Positions 27,054 to 36,719 of a DNA stretch of 64,000 bases are shown in pieces. The translations under genes and the position numbers were made by a program. The DNA comes from Patescibacteria group bacterium (lineage in GTDB: Bacteria; Patescibacteriota; Minisyncoccia; Phycocordibacterales; Phycocordibacteraceae): contig JAIELV010000001.1 in NCBI GenBank assembly GCA_019752595.1, positions 120,486-184,485 on the forward strand, in the 5' to 3' direction. Under the pieces are notes generated by a model that searched no databases, was not told the origin of the DNA, and saw only the letters and a program-made list of their open reading frames with translations. Every line of letters begins with the position of its first letter. The first letter of the stretch is position 1.

Positions 27054-28754
27054 ATGTTTCAGTTTCTAAAAAGAAAAAGAGAGTACCAGGCGATAGAGCC
27101 TGACGAAATATTGATTGACGCTGCAAACTTGCCTGCGTATGACACGACGCGTTTGGAGGGGAAAATAGAGCGACCGATAGCACCAAGCACATTTTCTATT
27201 TTCTCTGTACTCATCCTTCTCTTACTAATTATTTTTTCAGGACAGCTCGTGTACCTACAGGTAGTTGAGCATGATTCGTTTATTGCACGAGCTGAGGAGA
27301 ACCGTTTGTCGCATTCTTCAGTTATTGCCGAACGAGGCCTTATTCTCGACAGAAATGGAGAGGTTTTTGCGGAAAACATTCCAGGAGAAACGCCGACATC
27401 AACACCGAAACGAGCGTATCCACTTGGAGAGTCGGCGTCAGTTATTGTTGGATACGTTTCATATCCAAAACAGGATCACAATGGCTACTGGTATCAGGAT
27501 CAGACAGTTGGCGTTTCAGGCATAGAACTTCTTTTGAATGAGAATTTGCAGGGTAAAAACGGTATTCGCATAGCTGAGACAGATGCAAAAGGAAATACAG
27601 TTTCGGGTTCAATTGTGAGAAATCCGCAAGCTGGTGATGATGTGATTCTGACGCTTGATGCAGGTATACAAGAGGCCTTCTATAACGCCATCAAAACGCG
27701 CGCGCAGAACGCAGGCTGGCAAGGCGGAACAGGAACCATTCTCGACATAGAAACAGGTGAAATACTTGCAGTAGTGAGCTACCCCTCATACGACCCCGAA
27801 GTCATGTCGTACGGGGAGCCAAAAGAAGAAGTTGAACGACTGTTGTCTGACTCGCGCTCACCGTTTTTAGATAGGGCCGTTGCTGGGTTGTACACGCCAG
27901 GATCGGTGGTAAAGCCGTTTGTTGCGATAGCCGCATTGGAAGAAGCAGTTATTTCTCCTCAAAAGAGCATTCTTTCAACAGGTTCGATTTCTATACCAAA
28001 TCCGTACGATCCCGAGAAACCGTCGGTCTTTAAAGACTGGAAAGCGCACGGGTGGGTAGACATGCGCCACGCGCTTGCTGTTTCTTCGGACGTTTATTTT
28101 TACGCAATCGGTGGCGGATACAAAGATCAGCAAGGATTGGGAATTGCAGCCATAGAAAAATATATGCGCCTTTTTGGTTTCGCAACTCCTACAGGTTTTT
28201 CGATTCCTGGTGAAGAGGTGGGGGTCATTCCGAATCCCGAATGGAAAGCAGAAACATTTGACGGCGAACGATGGTTTCTCGGAAACACGTACCATACGGC
28301 AATCGGGCAATACGGCTTCCAGTTGACCTTGATGCAGCTTGTGCGCGCTACTGCAGCGCTCGCAAATGGCGGGACACTCGTTGCGCCCGTTATTACACAA
28401 GCAGAAGCGGAAGAGAAGAAAAAAGAAAAAATTTCACTCCCACTTGATCAATCTGCACTAGAGATTGTTCGCGAAGGAATGCGTCTTGCGGTTACTGAAG
28501 GTACCGCGACCGCGCTTGCGGTGCCTGGTGTGCGAGTTGCTGGAAAAACAGGAACAGCAGAAGTGGGAGTTCGCAAAGAATTTATCAACTCATTAGTCAT
28601 CGGATTTTTTCCTGCGGATGCACCAAAATACGCATTTGCGGTCGCCATGGAGCGCGCAAAGGCAGGAACGGGAGTTGGCGCGCCTGCGGTTATGGGTGAT
28701 GTTTTGCGCTATTTAGTTGAACACAGAAAGGAGATGGTTGACGCTGGGCAGTAA
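27054..28754 (+). CDS. mrdA: Penicillin-binding protein 2 (elongasome D,D-transpeptidase)
   Basis: SVVKP (SxxK), SSD (SxN) and KTGTA motifs; N-terminal TM. Confidence 0.8.
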   Translation: MFQFLKRKREYQAIEPDEILIDAANLPAYDTTRLEGKIERPIAPSTFSIFSVLILLLLIIFSGQLVYLQVVEHDSFIARAEENRLSHSSVIAERGLILDRNGEVFAENIPGETPTSTPKRAYPLGESASVIVGYVSYPKQDHNGYWYQDQTVGVSGIELLLNENLQGKNGIRIAETDAKGNTVSGSIVRNPQAGDDVILTLDAGIQEAFYNAIKTRAQNAGWQGGTGTILDIETGEILAVVSYPSYDPEVMSYGEPKEEVERLLSDSRSPFLDRAVAGLYTPGSVVKPFVAIAALEEAVISPQKSILSTGSISIPNPYDPEKPSVFKDWKAHGWVDMRHALAVSSDVYFYAIGGGYKDQQGLGIAAIEKYMRLFGFATPTGFSIPGEEVGVIPNPEWKAETFDGERWFLGNTYHTAIGQYGFQLTLMQLVRATAALANGGTLVAPVITQAEAEEKKKEKISLPLDQSALEIVREGMRLAVTEGTATALAVPGVRVAGKTGTAEVGVRKEFINSLVIGFFPADAPKYAFAVAMERAKAGTGVGAPAVMGDVLRYLVEHRKEMVDAGQ

Positions 28755-28765
28755 TCATATACACT

Positions 28766-29269
28766 GTGCCAACAGTACCTATGAAAAAAACAAAAGCAGG
28801 CGCACTCGAAGAAGAAAACCTTCTTACTCAGGAAAAATTTGATGAATTAAAGGAAGAATTAGAACGCCTCACCACAACCACGCGAAAAGAAATTGCGGAG
28901 AGTTTGGAATACGCGCGGTCTTTGGGCGATCTTTCAGAGAACGCAGAATACCAGGCAGCACGAGAACTTCAGGCAGCAACAGAGGAGCGCATCCGACGGC
29001 TTGAACATATCATCAAATCAGCCGTTATTATTTCTGAAAAGAAAAAAGGCGTCGCAGGTTTTGGTTCGAAAGTAACTATAAAAAAGAAAGGGGAGAAAGA
29101 AACACATGCGTACACTATTGTTGGTTCAGAAGAAGCAAATATGCGTGATCAAAAAATCTCACATCTCTCACCGTTAGGACAAGCATTGATGGGTAAGAAG
29201 AAAGGTGAAACATTTACGTTTGCAACCCCGAACGGACGTCAGGAATACACGGTCGTTGAAATAGCGTAG
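28766..29269 (+). CDS. greA: Transcription elongation factor GreA
   Basis: Coiled-coil N-terminus with DLSENAEY and FKBP-like C-terminal domain. Confidence 0.85.
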   Translation: MPTVPMKKTKAGALEEENLLTQEKFDELKEELERLTTTTRKEIAESLEYARSLGDLSENAEYQAARELQAATEERIRRLEHIIKSAVIISEKKKGVAGFGSKVTIKKKGEKETHAYTIVGSEEANMRDQKISHLSPLGQALMGKKKGETFTFATPNGRQEYTVVEIA

Positions 29270-29276
29270 TTTTTCG

Positions 29277-29555
29277 ATGTCAGAAACGAGCGTTGAAAGA
29301 GAAGGTTCACTCTTAAAGTCTATTCGCGAATGGGTTCCCTTTATTGGGGCTCGTAACGGCGATGAGCTTGAAGTAGTGTACGGACATCTCAAGAGTCCGA
29401 AGGTCGCCACTGGAGTGTGCGAGATCAGAGTCAGATCTGCAAAAAATGCGGACAGTATTACGGGCCTCATGGTTGGAGAAACTCTTTTCACCCCGCACGT
29501 ACGGATTCAATCTATGCGGATAATTTCTCGAAAAGAAACGGGAACCGATATCTGA
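29277..29555 (+). CDS. Hypothetical protein
   Basis: 92-aa ORF between greA and lysK. Confidence 0.35.
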   Translation: MSETSVEREGSLLKSIREWVPFIGARNGDELEVVYGHLKSPKVATGVCEIRVRSAKNADSITGLMVGETLFTPHVRIQSMRIISRKETGTDI

Positions 29556-29567
29556 TACGATACACAG

Positions 29568-31160
29568 ATGTTTTGGCTTGACCGTATTTATGGGCAAATA
29601 GAGAAAGCGATTCCTGAAAAATTGAAATCAGGAGAAACGCTTTTGGTGCGTGATGAAAAAACGCCTTCGGGGCGTGTACACATTGGCAATATGCGCTCCT
29701 TAGCATTTCACGCCGCAATGTGGGAGCGCTTGCGTGAAGCAGGAATTCCTGCAGATTTCAAATTTGAAATCAACGACTTTGATCCGATGGATGGTTTACC
29801 TGTATATCTTGATGAGGCTGAATATCGCCAGCACATGGGCAAGCCGTTATACAACATTCCTTCTCCAGAACCAGATGTTGCGCCGAATTTTGCCGAATAC
29901 TACGCAAAGGAATATATTGATGCAATTCATGACGCAGGGTTTACTCCAGTCTTTTATCGTTCGAGTGAATTGTACCTTGCGGGGAAGATGAATGATGCCA
30001 TTCGTATTTCTCTTGAGAAAGCAGACGTTATCAGAAAAATTTACAAAGAAATATCGGGCGCAGACCGTCCATCTGACTGGCACGCGCTTTCGGTTGTGTG
30101 TGAGAATTGCGGGAAGATAGGAACGACGAAAGTAAGTGCGTTTGACGGAGAGAAAGTGACGTATGCGTGTTATCCGACAGCAGTGAAGTGGGCAGAAGGC
30201 TGTGGACACAAAGGGCAGGTGTCTCCGTTTAATGGAAATGCAAAATTGCCATGGAAGGTTGAGTGGGCTGCAAAGTGGTTTGTGAACGGCGTTGACGTTG
30301 AAGGCGGAGGCAAGGATCACTATTCAAAAGGTGGTGCTCGTGATGTCGCACGTCATATTTCAGAAGAAGTGTTTGGATACAAAGAGCCCTTTGGTATGCA
30401 AAACGAATATTTCCTCTACGGTGGTGAAAAAATGTCTTCATCAAAAGGAAAGGGTTCATCTTCTCGTGATGTAGTAAATCTTGTACCGCAACACATCTTC
30501 AGACTTGCGCTCTACGGGAAGGATATTAATCAGCAGATTAACTTTGATCCCAACGGAGACATGATTCCTGTTCTTTTTGATCAGTACGACAAAATCGCGG
30601 AGAAATATTGGGCAGGTATTACTGACGACGATACACGTCTGTTTCTGTACACCCATACGCCAGAGAAGCGCGCACATATAGAAAAAAGATTTCTCCCGCG
30701 TTTTTCACAGGTTGCGTTTTTGGTACAGATGCCGCATTTAAATTTCGAAACTGAAATAGAACGCCTAAAGGGGGGGTCGCTTACGGATGCCGATAAAAAG
30801 GAAGCACAAGAACGCGCACACTATGCAAAACACTGGCTCAAGGTCGCAGCGGACGAAGAGTTTGTATTTACGCTTGCTGAGGACGCAGTGCCCGAAGCAG
30901 TGAAAGCTTTGTCAGATGACCAGAAAAATGCCCTAAAAGAGGTCCTGGCGTACGTGGAGGCCAACCCAGTGCTCGAGGGGCAGGCGCTCCATACGGAGCT
31001 TCATGAGATACGCAAACGCCTGAATATCGACGCGAAGGCCTTTTTCGGGGCAATATATCTGTCGTTTTTAGGTAAAGACCACGGACCAAAAGTTGGGTGG
31101 TTTTTGAGCGTCCTGGATCGCAACTTCCTTATCAGTCGTCTTAAAGAAACAACTGTTTGA
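29568..31160 (+). CDS. lysK: Lysyl-tRNA synthetase, class I
   Basis: HIGN (HIGH) motif in SGRVHIGNMRS and KMSSSKGKG (KMSKS); ~530 aa, typical of archaeal-type LysRS-I. Confidence 0.85.
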   Translation: MFWLDRIYGQIEKAIPEKLKSGETLLVRDEKTPSGRVHIGNMRSLAFHAAMWERLREAGIPADFKFEINDFDPMDGLPVYLDEAEYRQHMGKPLYNIPSPEPDVAPNFAEYYAKEYIDAIHDAGFTPVFYRSSELYLAGKMNDAIRISLEKADVIRKIYKEISGADRPSDWHALSVVCENCGKIGTTKVSAFDGEKVTYACYPTAVKWAEGCGHKGQVSPFNGNAKLPWKVEWAAKWFVNGVDVEGGGKDHYSKGGARDVARHISEEVFGYKEPFGMQNEYFLYGGEKMSSSKGKGSSSRDVVNLVPQHIFRLALYGKDINQQINFDPNGDMIPVLFDQYDKIAEKYWAGITDDDTRLFLYTHTPEKRAHIEKRFLPRFSQVAFLVQMPHLNFETEIERLKGGSLTDADKKEAQERAHYAKHWLKVAADEEFVFTLAEDAVPEAVKALSDDQKNALKEVLAYVEANPVLEGQALHTELHEIRKRLNIDAKAFFGAIYLSFLGKDHGPKVGWFLSVLDRNFLISRLKETTV

Positions 31161-31194
31161 CGAGACGGGTTTTCGGGAGTATATCCTTAGCACC

Positions 31195-31380
31195 ATGGGA
31201 GACAGACAGATAGCAGCTCAGGAGGGTCGAAGATGGGTTTTTATGGCCCAGGAAGGCCCGTATCCCGAGCATTGCAACGGAAACGGCTTAGTATATGTGC
31301 ACAATGTCGGGGAGACGCTTTTGCCCCGTGCCTGCAACAATGGTGTTGGTTGTAAAAACTGTACAGAAAGAAAGCAATAA
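31195..31380 (+). CDS. Possible small Cys-rich peptide
   Basis: Internal Met start gives 45 aa with 5 Cys (CNGNG...CNNGVGCKNC); speculative. Confidence 0.2.
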   Translation: MGDRQIAAQEGRRWVFMAQEGPYPEHCNGNGLVYVHNVGETLLPRACNNGVGCKNCTERKQ

Positions 31381-31448
31381 AGCATTTTTAAGAAGTCGGT
31401 ATGCATGACAGGCGGTCCCAAAGACCGCTTTTTCTGTTGTCTTTTGTA

Positions 31449-31520
31449 GTGTGGATAAGAACCGCAAAGTGGGATGAAGTAGCATAGAATTACATCTATG
31501 TGGGATGAAGTGGGATAACC
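31449..31520 (+). promoter_or_regulatory. MraZ-box direct repeats (GTGGG/GTGGA) upstream of mraZ
   Basis: gtgtggataag...aagtgggatgaagt...atgtgggatgaagtgggataac: four or five GTGG[G/A] repeats with ~10-bp phasing. Confidence 0.55.
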
Positions 31521-31541
31521 CATTTTCTCTCTATTTTCATC

Positions 31542-31976
31542 ATGTTGATAGGCGAATACCAGCACACACTCGATCCGAAAAAACGCCTGTCGTTGCCGTC
31601 AAAATTTCGTAAAGAATTAGGCAAAACCGTTATCGTCACACGAGGACTTGATCACTGCTTGTTTGTTTTTTCCGCACCTGCGTGGAAAAAACTCGCTGCA
31701 AAATTTTCTGATCTTTCAATCGGTTCATCTGACACGCGTGGATTTAATCGATTCATGCTTTCGGGTGCTGTTGATACGGAAGTGGATTCCGCGGGTCGCA
31801 TTTTAATTCCTGATTACTTGAAAGACTTTGCAGGTCTCAAAACTGATGTGGTGGTAGCAGGTGTGAATGACCGCGTCGAAGTCTGGGACAAAAAACAGTG
31901 GGAGACATACAAAACACAAATTGAATCGCAGGGCGATGCGATGGCAGCGAAATTGGGAGAAATAGGCGTCATATAA
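31542..31976 (+). CDS. mraZ: Transcriptional regulator MraZ
   Basis: Two DXXXR-containing SpoVT/AbrB-like halves (KKRLSLPSKFRKEL; SAGRILIPDYLKDFAG). Confidence 0.9.
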   Translation: MLIGEYQHTLDPKKRLSLPSKFRKELGKTVIVTRGLDHCLFVFSAPAWKKLAAKFSDLSIGSSDTRGFNRFMLSGAVDTEVDSAGRILIPDYLKDFAGLKTDVVVAGVNDRVEVWDKKQWETYKTQIESQGDAMAAKLGEIGVI

Positions 31977-31979
31977 ATC

Positions 31980-32915
31980 ATGAAAGACAACGCACACATC
32001 ACTGTTCTTTTGTCGGAAACCGTCGAAGCGTTGAATCTTTCAAAAAACGACACGGCGATTGATGCCACAGTAGGCGCAGGCGGACATTCAGCAAAGATTG
32101 CTGAAAAAATAGGGAAGGGAACATTGCTCGTCATTGATGCCGATGAATCTTCACTTGCACTTTCGCGTGAAAGGCTGAGCGATGCTGACGCCAAAGTTAT
32201 TTACGTACAGGGAAATTTCAGAAACATTAAAAAACTTGCACATGAAGCAGGCGTCACAAGCGCTGAAGGAATTGTGTTTGACCTCGGCTGGCGCTCTGAA
32301 CAATTAAACTCGGGTAGGGGATTTTCTTTCAAAGCCGATGAACCGCTTTTGATGACGCTCTCGTCGCGCATTGAGGAAGGGATGTTGACGGCAAAAGATA
32401 TTATTGCCGATTGGGACGAGGAAGAAATTGCAAAAATTATTCGCGAGTACGGTGAAGAACGTTTTTCAGGACGCATTGCGCGGGCAATTGTAGAAGCGCG
32501 AAGAAATAATCCGATACATACCGCAAAGGAATTAGCCGATGTTATTTCCGAAGTCGTCCCTGCATTTTACAGAAATGGTCGCATTCACCCTGCGACACGC
32601 ACGTTCCAAGCGTTGCGTATTGCGGTGAACGATGAATTAGGTGCTCTGAAAGAAGCGCTTTCTGAGGCGATGAACTTACTTTCAGAAAACGGACGCGTAG
32701 CGGTTATTTCATTTCATAGCCTTGAGGACAGAATTGTGAAGCATGCGTTTAAAGAAGCAGAAGATGCGGGTATAGGCGTGCGTATTACTAAAAAACCGAT
32801 TGTTCCAGAGCGTGAGGAGCAATTACGAAACGCGAGAGCTCGGAGCGCAAAGTTACGAATTTTTGAAAAACAACAGATACAAAAAACAAAAAAAGCATAT
32901 GGGAAGAAAAATTAG
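31980..32915 (+). CDS. rsmH: 16S rRNA (cytosine1402-N4)-methyltransferase RsmH
   Basis: AIDATVGAGGHS SAM motif; follows mraZ. Confidence 0.9.
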   Translation: MKDNAHITVLLSETVEALNLSKNDTAIDATVGAGGHSAKIAEKIGKGTLLVIDADESSLALSRERLSDADAKVIYVQGNFRNIKKLAHEAGVTSAEGIVFDLGWRSEQLNSGRGFSFKADEPLLMTLSSRIEEGMLTAKDIIADWDEEEIAKIIREYGEERFSGRIARAIVEARRNNPIHTAKELADVISEVVPAFYRNGRIHPATRTFQALRIAVNDELGALKEALSEAMNLLSENGRVAVISFHSLEDRIVKHAFKEAEDAGIGVRITKKPIVPEREEQLRNARARSAKLRIFEKQQIQKTKKAYGKKN

Positions 32916-33270
32916 ACAAATCATGGACGGAGAAGTGGCACTCCCGTTCCGCACTAAGGATGCGGGGATTTTGTCGTTCATCACACCCATTCAACAGAAA
33001 GCATTCTTCGTTAGTGGCATTCTTTTTGTACTCCTTTCGGTACTCTATGTATATTCAGTTATTGCGTCTGTAATGCACGTTGCCGCACGCGAAGAGCTTA
33101 CCTTTGAAGCCACACGTCTTTCATCAGAAGTTGCACGCCTTGAAGCAGAGTATTTGTCGCGCACAGAGGGAATTACCGAATCATTTGCGCGGGAACGAGG
33201 GTACACATCGATTTCAAGCCGTTCGTTTGTTGAACGCACGTCAAGCGTCACATTCAACAATGCGCGCTAG
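32908..33270 (+). CDS. ftsL: FtsL-like cell division protein
   Basis: Short cytoplasmic tail, single TM, coiled-coil (ATRLSSEVARLEAEYL); dcw position. Confidence 0.45.
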   Translation, partial: KIRQIMDGEVALPFRTKDAGILSFITPIQQKAFFVSGILFVLLSVLYVYSVIASVMHVAAREELTFEATRLSSEVARLEAEYLSRTEGITESFARERGYTSISSRSFVERTSSVTFNNAR

Positions 33271-33281
33271 AATAGCGTGAT

Positions 33282-35009
33282 ATGAGATCTCGGTTTGCGT
33301 TCCGTGTGCGCCTGATTGCAATCGGGTGTGCGATTATAGCGCTCATCCTCCTGGTTCGACTGTACGATCTACAGGTAGTGAAAGGGAAGGAATACCGAGA
33401 ACGTGCTGAGGCGCAGTATGTAAAGCAGAGCCCCAACCAAGTTGATCGTGGTTCTATTTTCTTTACCTCAAAAGACGGCGCATTAATTTCAGCAGCAGCA
33501 GTTGCAAACGGATATACACTCTCCATAAATCCAAAACTTCTCAAAAACCCCGAAGAAGCCTACGCGGCTCTTTCGAAACACGTTCCCACAATAGAACGTG
33601 ACGCGTTCATGATTTCTGCCCAGAAAATTGACGATACCTACGAAGAAGTGGCACGTCGTGTGAAAGACGAAGAGGGGAAAGCGATAACCGCTCTTAAAAT
33701 CCCTGGTGTGTCAGTATTACGCGAGACATGGCGGTATTACCCTGGAGAAGAGCTCGCGTCCCACGTTGTGGGTTTTATGGGGTATGGAGAGGGAGATACG
33801 CTTCGTGGACAGTACGGATTAGAGCGTTTTTATGACGACATCCTTGCAAAAACAGAAGAAGGTCTGTATGTGAACTTCTTTGCGGATTTGTTTACCAATA
33901 TTCGTTCAGAGATATCAGATGGTGAAGCGCCGCCTGGGGCAGATTTAGTTATTTCTATTGAGCCGTCGGTACAGCAACATTTGGAAGGTGTATTAACGCG
34001 CTATCAAAAAGCATGGAATCCGAAAACGGTGGGAGGAATTATTATGGATCCCAAAACTGGTGCAATTTTGGCGATGGCAGCAAAGCCCGACTTTGACCCG
34101 AACGGACTTGGTGATACGAATGTTTCCTCGCTTTCAAACCCACTAGTTGAAAGTGTGTACGAATTTGGTTCAACAATGAAGCCTTTGACCGTCGCAGCAG
34201 GGATTGACGCAGGCGTGGTGACGCCGACATCAACGTACAACGATAAAGGTTCAGCGACATTTGATAAATCAACAATTTACAATTACGACCTCAAAGCGCG
34301 CGGGGTGGTGTCTATGCAGGAAGTGTTGAATCAATCATTAAACACGGGGGTTGCGCATATAGTTTCAAAATTGGGAACCCAGCGCTTCAAAGAATATTTT
34401 ATTAAATACGGCGTCACTGAAGAAACAGGCATTGATCTTCCGAACGAAGAATCTCCGCTCGTTTCAGGTTTTGAAAGTCCGCGTACGATTGAATACGTCA
34501 CTGCTTCATTCGGTCAAGGAATCGCGCTCACACCGATAGCCATGACCCGTGCACTTGCGGTTCTTGCGAATCACGGTGAATTGCCCGATCCGCATGTTGG
34601 CGTTGAATTAGACTATGGGGGAGGTATAAAAAAGAAAATAGGGTGGTCTCCCGAACGGCAGGCTATTTCTCCTGAATCTGCAGAGAAAGTCACTCGAATG
34701 CTTGTTGAGGTGGTAGACACGTCTCTAAAAGGCGGTACGGTGATGATTCCTGAATATGCTGTTGCTGCAAAAACAGGTACCGCGCAGATTGCAAAACAAG
34801 GAGAACGCGGGTATTACGACGACAGGTACCTTCACTCTTTCTTTGGCTATTTTCCTGCGTATGAACCAAAGTTTATTATCTTTCTCTTTGCATCAGAACC
34901 CAAAGGAGCGAAGTTTGCTTCAGAAACATGGACAGATCCGTTTATGGAAGCTGTTAAATTTCTTATAAACTATTACAATATCCCTCCAGACCGTCCTCAA
35001 TACGAATAA
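33282..35009 (+). CDS. ftsI: Penicillin-binding protein 3 / FtsI-type transpeptidase
   Basis: STMKP (SxxK), SLN, KTGTAQ motifs; dcw position. Confidence 0.8.
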   Translation: MRSRFAFRVRLIAIGCAIIALILLVRLYDLQVVKGKEYRERAEAQYVKQSPNQVDRGSIFFTSKDGALISAAAVANGYTLSINPKLLKNPEEAYAALSKHVPTIERDAFMISAQKIDDTYEEVARRVKDEEGKAITALKIPGVSVLRETWRYYPGEELASHVVGFMGYGEGDTLRGQYGLERFYDDILAKTEEGLYVNFFADLFTNIRSEISDGEAPPGADLVISIEPSVQQHLEGVLTRYQKAWNPKTVGGIIMDPKTGAILAMAAKPDFDPNGLGDTNVSSLSNPLVESVYEFGSTMKPLTVAAGIDAGVVTPTSTYNDKGSATFDKSTIYNYDLKARGVVSMQEVLNQSLNTGVAHIVSKLGTQRFKEYFIKYGVTEETGIDLPNEESPLVSGFESPRTIEYVTASFGQGIALTPIAMTRALAVLANHGELPDPHVGVELDYGGGIKKKIGWSPERQAISPESAEKVTRMLVEVVDTSLKGGTVMIPEYAVAAKTGTAQIAKQGERGYYDDRYLHSFFGYFPAYEPKFIIFLFASEPKGAKFASETWTDPFMEAVKFLINYYNIPPDRPQYE

Positions 35010-35013
35010 CAAA

Positions 35014-36315
35014 ATGGACAATATAAAAGAATTCATCCGTTCTCTCGTTGTGTGTATTTTGACTGCCGAAGCTCGTGCAGTTATTTCCAAATACAAACCG
35101 AACGTTATTTTGGTCACTGGCTCTGTGGGTAAAACTTCGTCAAAAGATGCTGTGTACACGGCGCTCGCGTCATCTTTCTTTATTAGAAGAAGTGAAAAGA
35201 GTTTTAATAGCGACATAGGAGTTCCGCTCACCGTTTTGGGAGTGCCGAATGGGTGGGGGAATCCTGTGCAATGGATTAAAAATATTTTGGAAGGCCTTTC
35301 GTTGATTCTGTTGCAAGCTCCCTATCCAAAATGGCTTGTGTTAGAAATTGGTGCCGATAGACCAGGGGACATTACAAAATCACTTTCCTGGATACACCCG
35401 ACCGTAGTTTTAGGTACGCGCTTTCCGAAAGTGCCCGTACATGTTGAATTTTATGATTCCCCTGAGGAGGTTATTAAAGAAGAATCTGCACCACTCACGT
35501 GGCTTACCCCAGGAGGCACGGCTGTTCTCAACGCTGATGACGAACGTGCTCGGTTTGTTTCTCTCGCTGACGGGGTTAAGAAAATTACCTACGGATTTGA
35601 GCATGACGCTGACGTGCGCGGAATGCGGTACTTGGTTACGTCAAGCAAAAAAATGCCGACGGGTATTTCTTTTGATGTGCAATATGGGGGCGAGAAAGCA
35701 CACGTATCGGTGCCAGGCGTTATCGGAAAAACACACGCACAGGCTGTTCTCTCAGGAATTGCATCTGCAGTTGCAGTTGGCATTCCACTCCACACAGCAA
35801 CCACTGCTTTTGAAAATCATGTGCCGCCTCCTGGACGCACGCGCATCGTGCCTGGGCTTCGCGGTACGACGATTATTGACGACACCTATAACTCTTCTCC
35901 AGTTGCAAGCGAAGAAGCATTAAAAATTCTTGCAGAAGTTCCGCGAACTGGAAGAAGGATTGCGGTGTTGGCAGACATGCTTGAGCTCGGTTCATTTTCG
36001 GTTGTTGAACATACGCGTATCGGTGCTTTGGTGCCTGCGTGCGCAGATATTCTAATTACGTCTGGCGTACGCGCACGTGATACTGCAAAAGGCGCACGCG
36101 ATTCGGGGATGCACCCTGAAGTTGTATTGGAGACAGACAGGGCAGCGGACGCCGCCTCGGCGATTGTTTCAATCATGTCTGAAGGTGACGTAATACTTGT
36201 TAAAGGCTCGCAATCAATGCGTATGGAGAGGGTAGTGAAGTCGTTGATGCTTGAACCTGCAAAAGCAAAAGACCTTTTGGTTCGTCACGATGCGGAGTGG
36301 CTGGCACGGCCATAG
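35014..36315 (+). CDS. murF: UDP-MurNAc-tripeptide:D-Ala-D-Ala ligase (MurF-like Mur ligase)
   Basis: VTGSVGKTSSK P-loop, DDTYNSSP, Mur ligase C-terminal domain. Confidence 0.7.
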   Translation: MDNIKEFIRSLVVCILTAEARAVISKYKPNVILVTGSVGKTSSKDAVYTALASSFFIRRSEKSFNSDIGVPLTVLGVPNGWGNPVQWIKNILEGLSLILLQAPYPKWLVLEIGADRPGDITKSLSWIHPTVVLGTRFPKVPVHVEFYDSPEEVIKEESAPLTWLTPGGTAVLNADDERARFVSLADGVKKITYGFEHDADVRGMRYLVTSSKKMPTGISFDVQYGGEKAHVSVPGVIGKTHAQAVLSGIASAVAVGIPLHTATTAFENHVPPPGRTRIVPGLRGTTIIDDTYNSSPVASEEALKILAEVPRTGRRIAVLADMLELGSFSVVEHTRIGALVPACADILITSGVRARDTAKGARDSGMHPEVVLETDRAADAASAIVSIMSEGDVILVKGSQSMRMERVVKSLMLEPAKAKDLLVRHDAEWLARP

Positions 36316-36439
36316 GTGAGGTAGGAAAGTTCGTCGCTTTTGTGGTATAAAAATGTTTCGGCCCTAGACGCTCCTGCGGAGCTTAATAGGGCTGGCACTC
36401 GGACGGCATGAAAATAAATTTTCGCGCCGCTCCTCGTTT

Positions 36440-36511
36440 GGCCCTATCGTCTAACGGTTAGGACATCGCCTTCTCAAGGCGGTAATCGGGGTTCGATTCC
36501 CCGTGGGGTCA
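36440..36511 (+). tRNA. tRNA-Glu(CUC)
   Basis: GGCCCUA/UGGGGUC acceptor (two G-U), D-arm GUCU-AACGGUU-AGGAC, anticodon loop UUCUCAA, T-arm CGGGG-UUCGAUU-CCCCG, discriminator A; followed by a terminator at 36518..36552. Confidence 0.8.
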
Positions 36512-36674
36512 TGCCGTAAAGAAACGCGCCTGTTCATCAGGCGTCTTTCTTTATGGCATTATGATCGCCTGAAGGCGAGAATCGAAAGACGGAGCGAGCG
36601 TGGCGAGTGAGTCGGGGTCGAGGGCACTTAGTATTTTACGAGCGCTAGGAGTAAAATACTTAGTGAACCGTGAC

Positions 36675-36692
36675 CGATTCCCCGTGGGGTCA
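36675..36692 (+). repeat. 18-nt direct repeat of the tRNA-Glu 3' end (att-like)
   Basis: cgattccccgtggggtca identical to 36494..36511; preceded by a 15-bp perfect hairpin (cacttagtattttac...gtaaaatacttagtg). Confidence 0.7.
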
Positions 36693-36719
36693 CCACGTAG
36701 AAATAGCGATTGCGAAAAA

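Noticed and set aside
36600-36719. N-terminal extension of the PIG-L ORF (MASESGSR...)
   Set aside because: It would translate through a 15-bp perfect hairpin and the att-like tRNA repeat. The conserved PIG-L motif begins right after Met at 36720.
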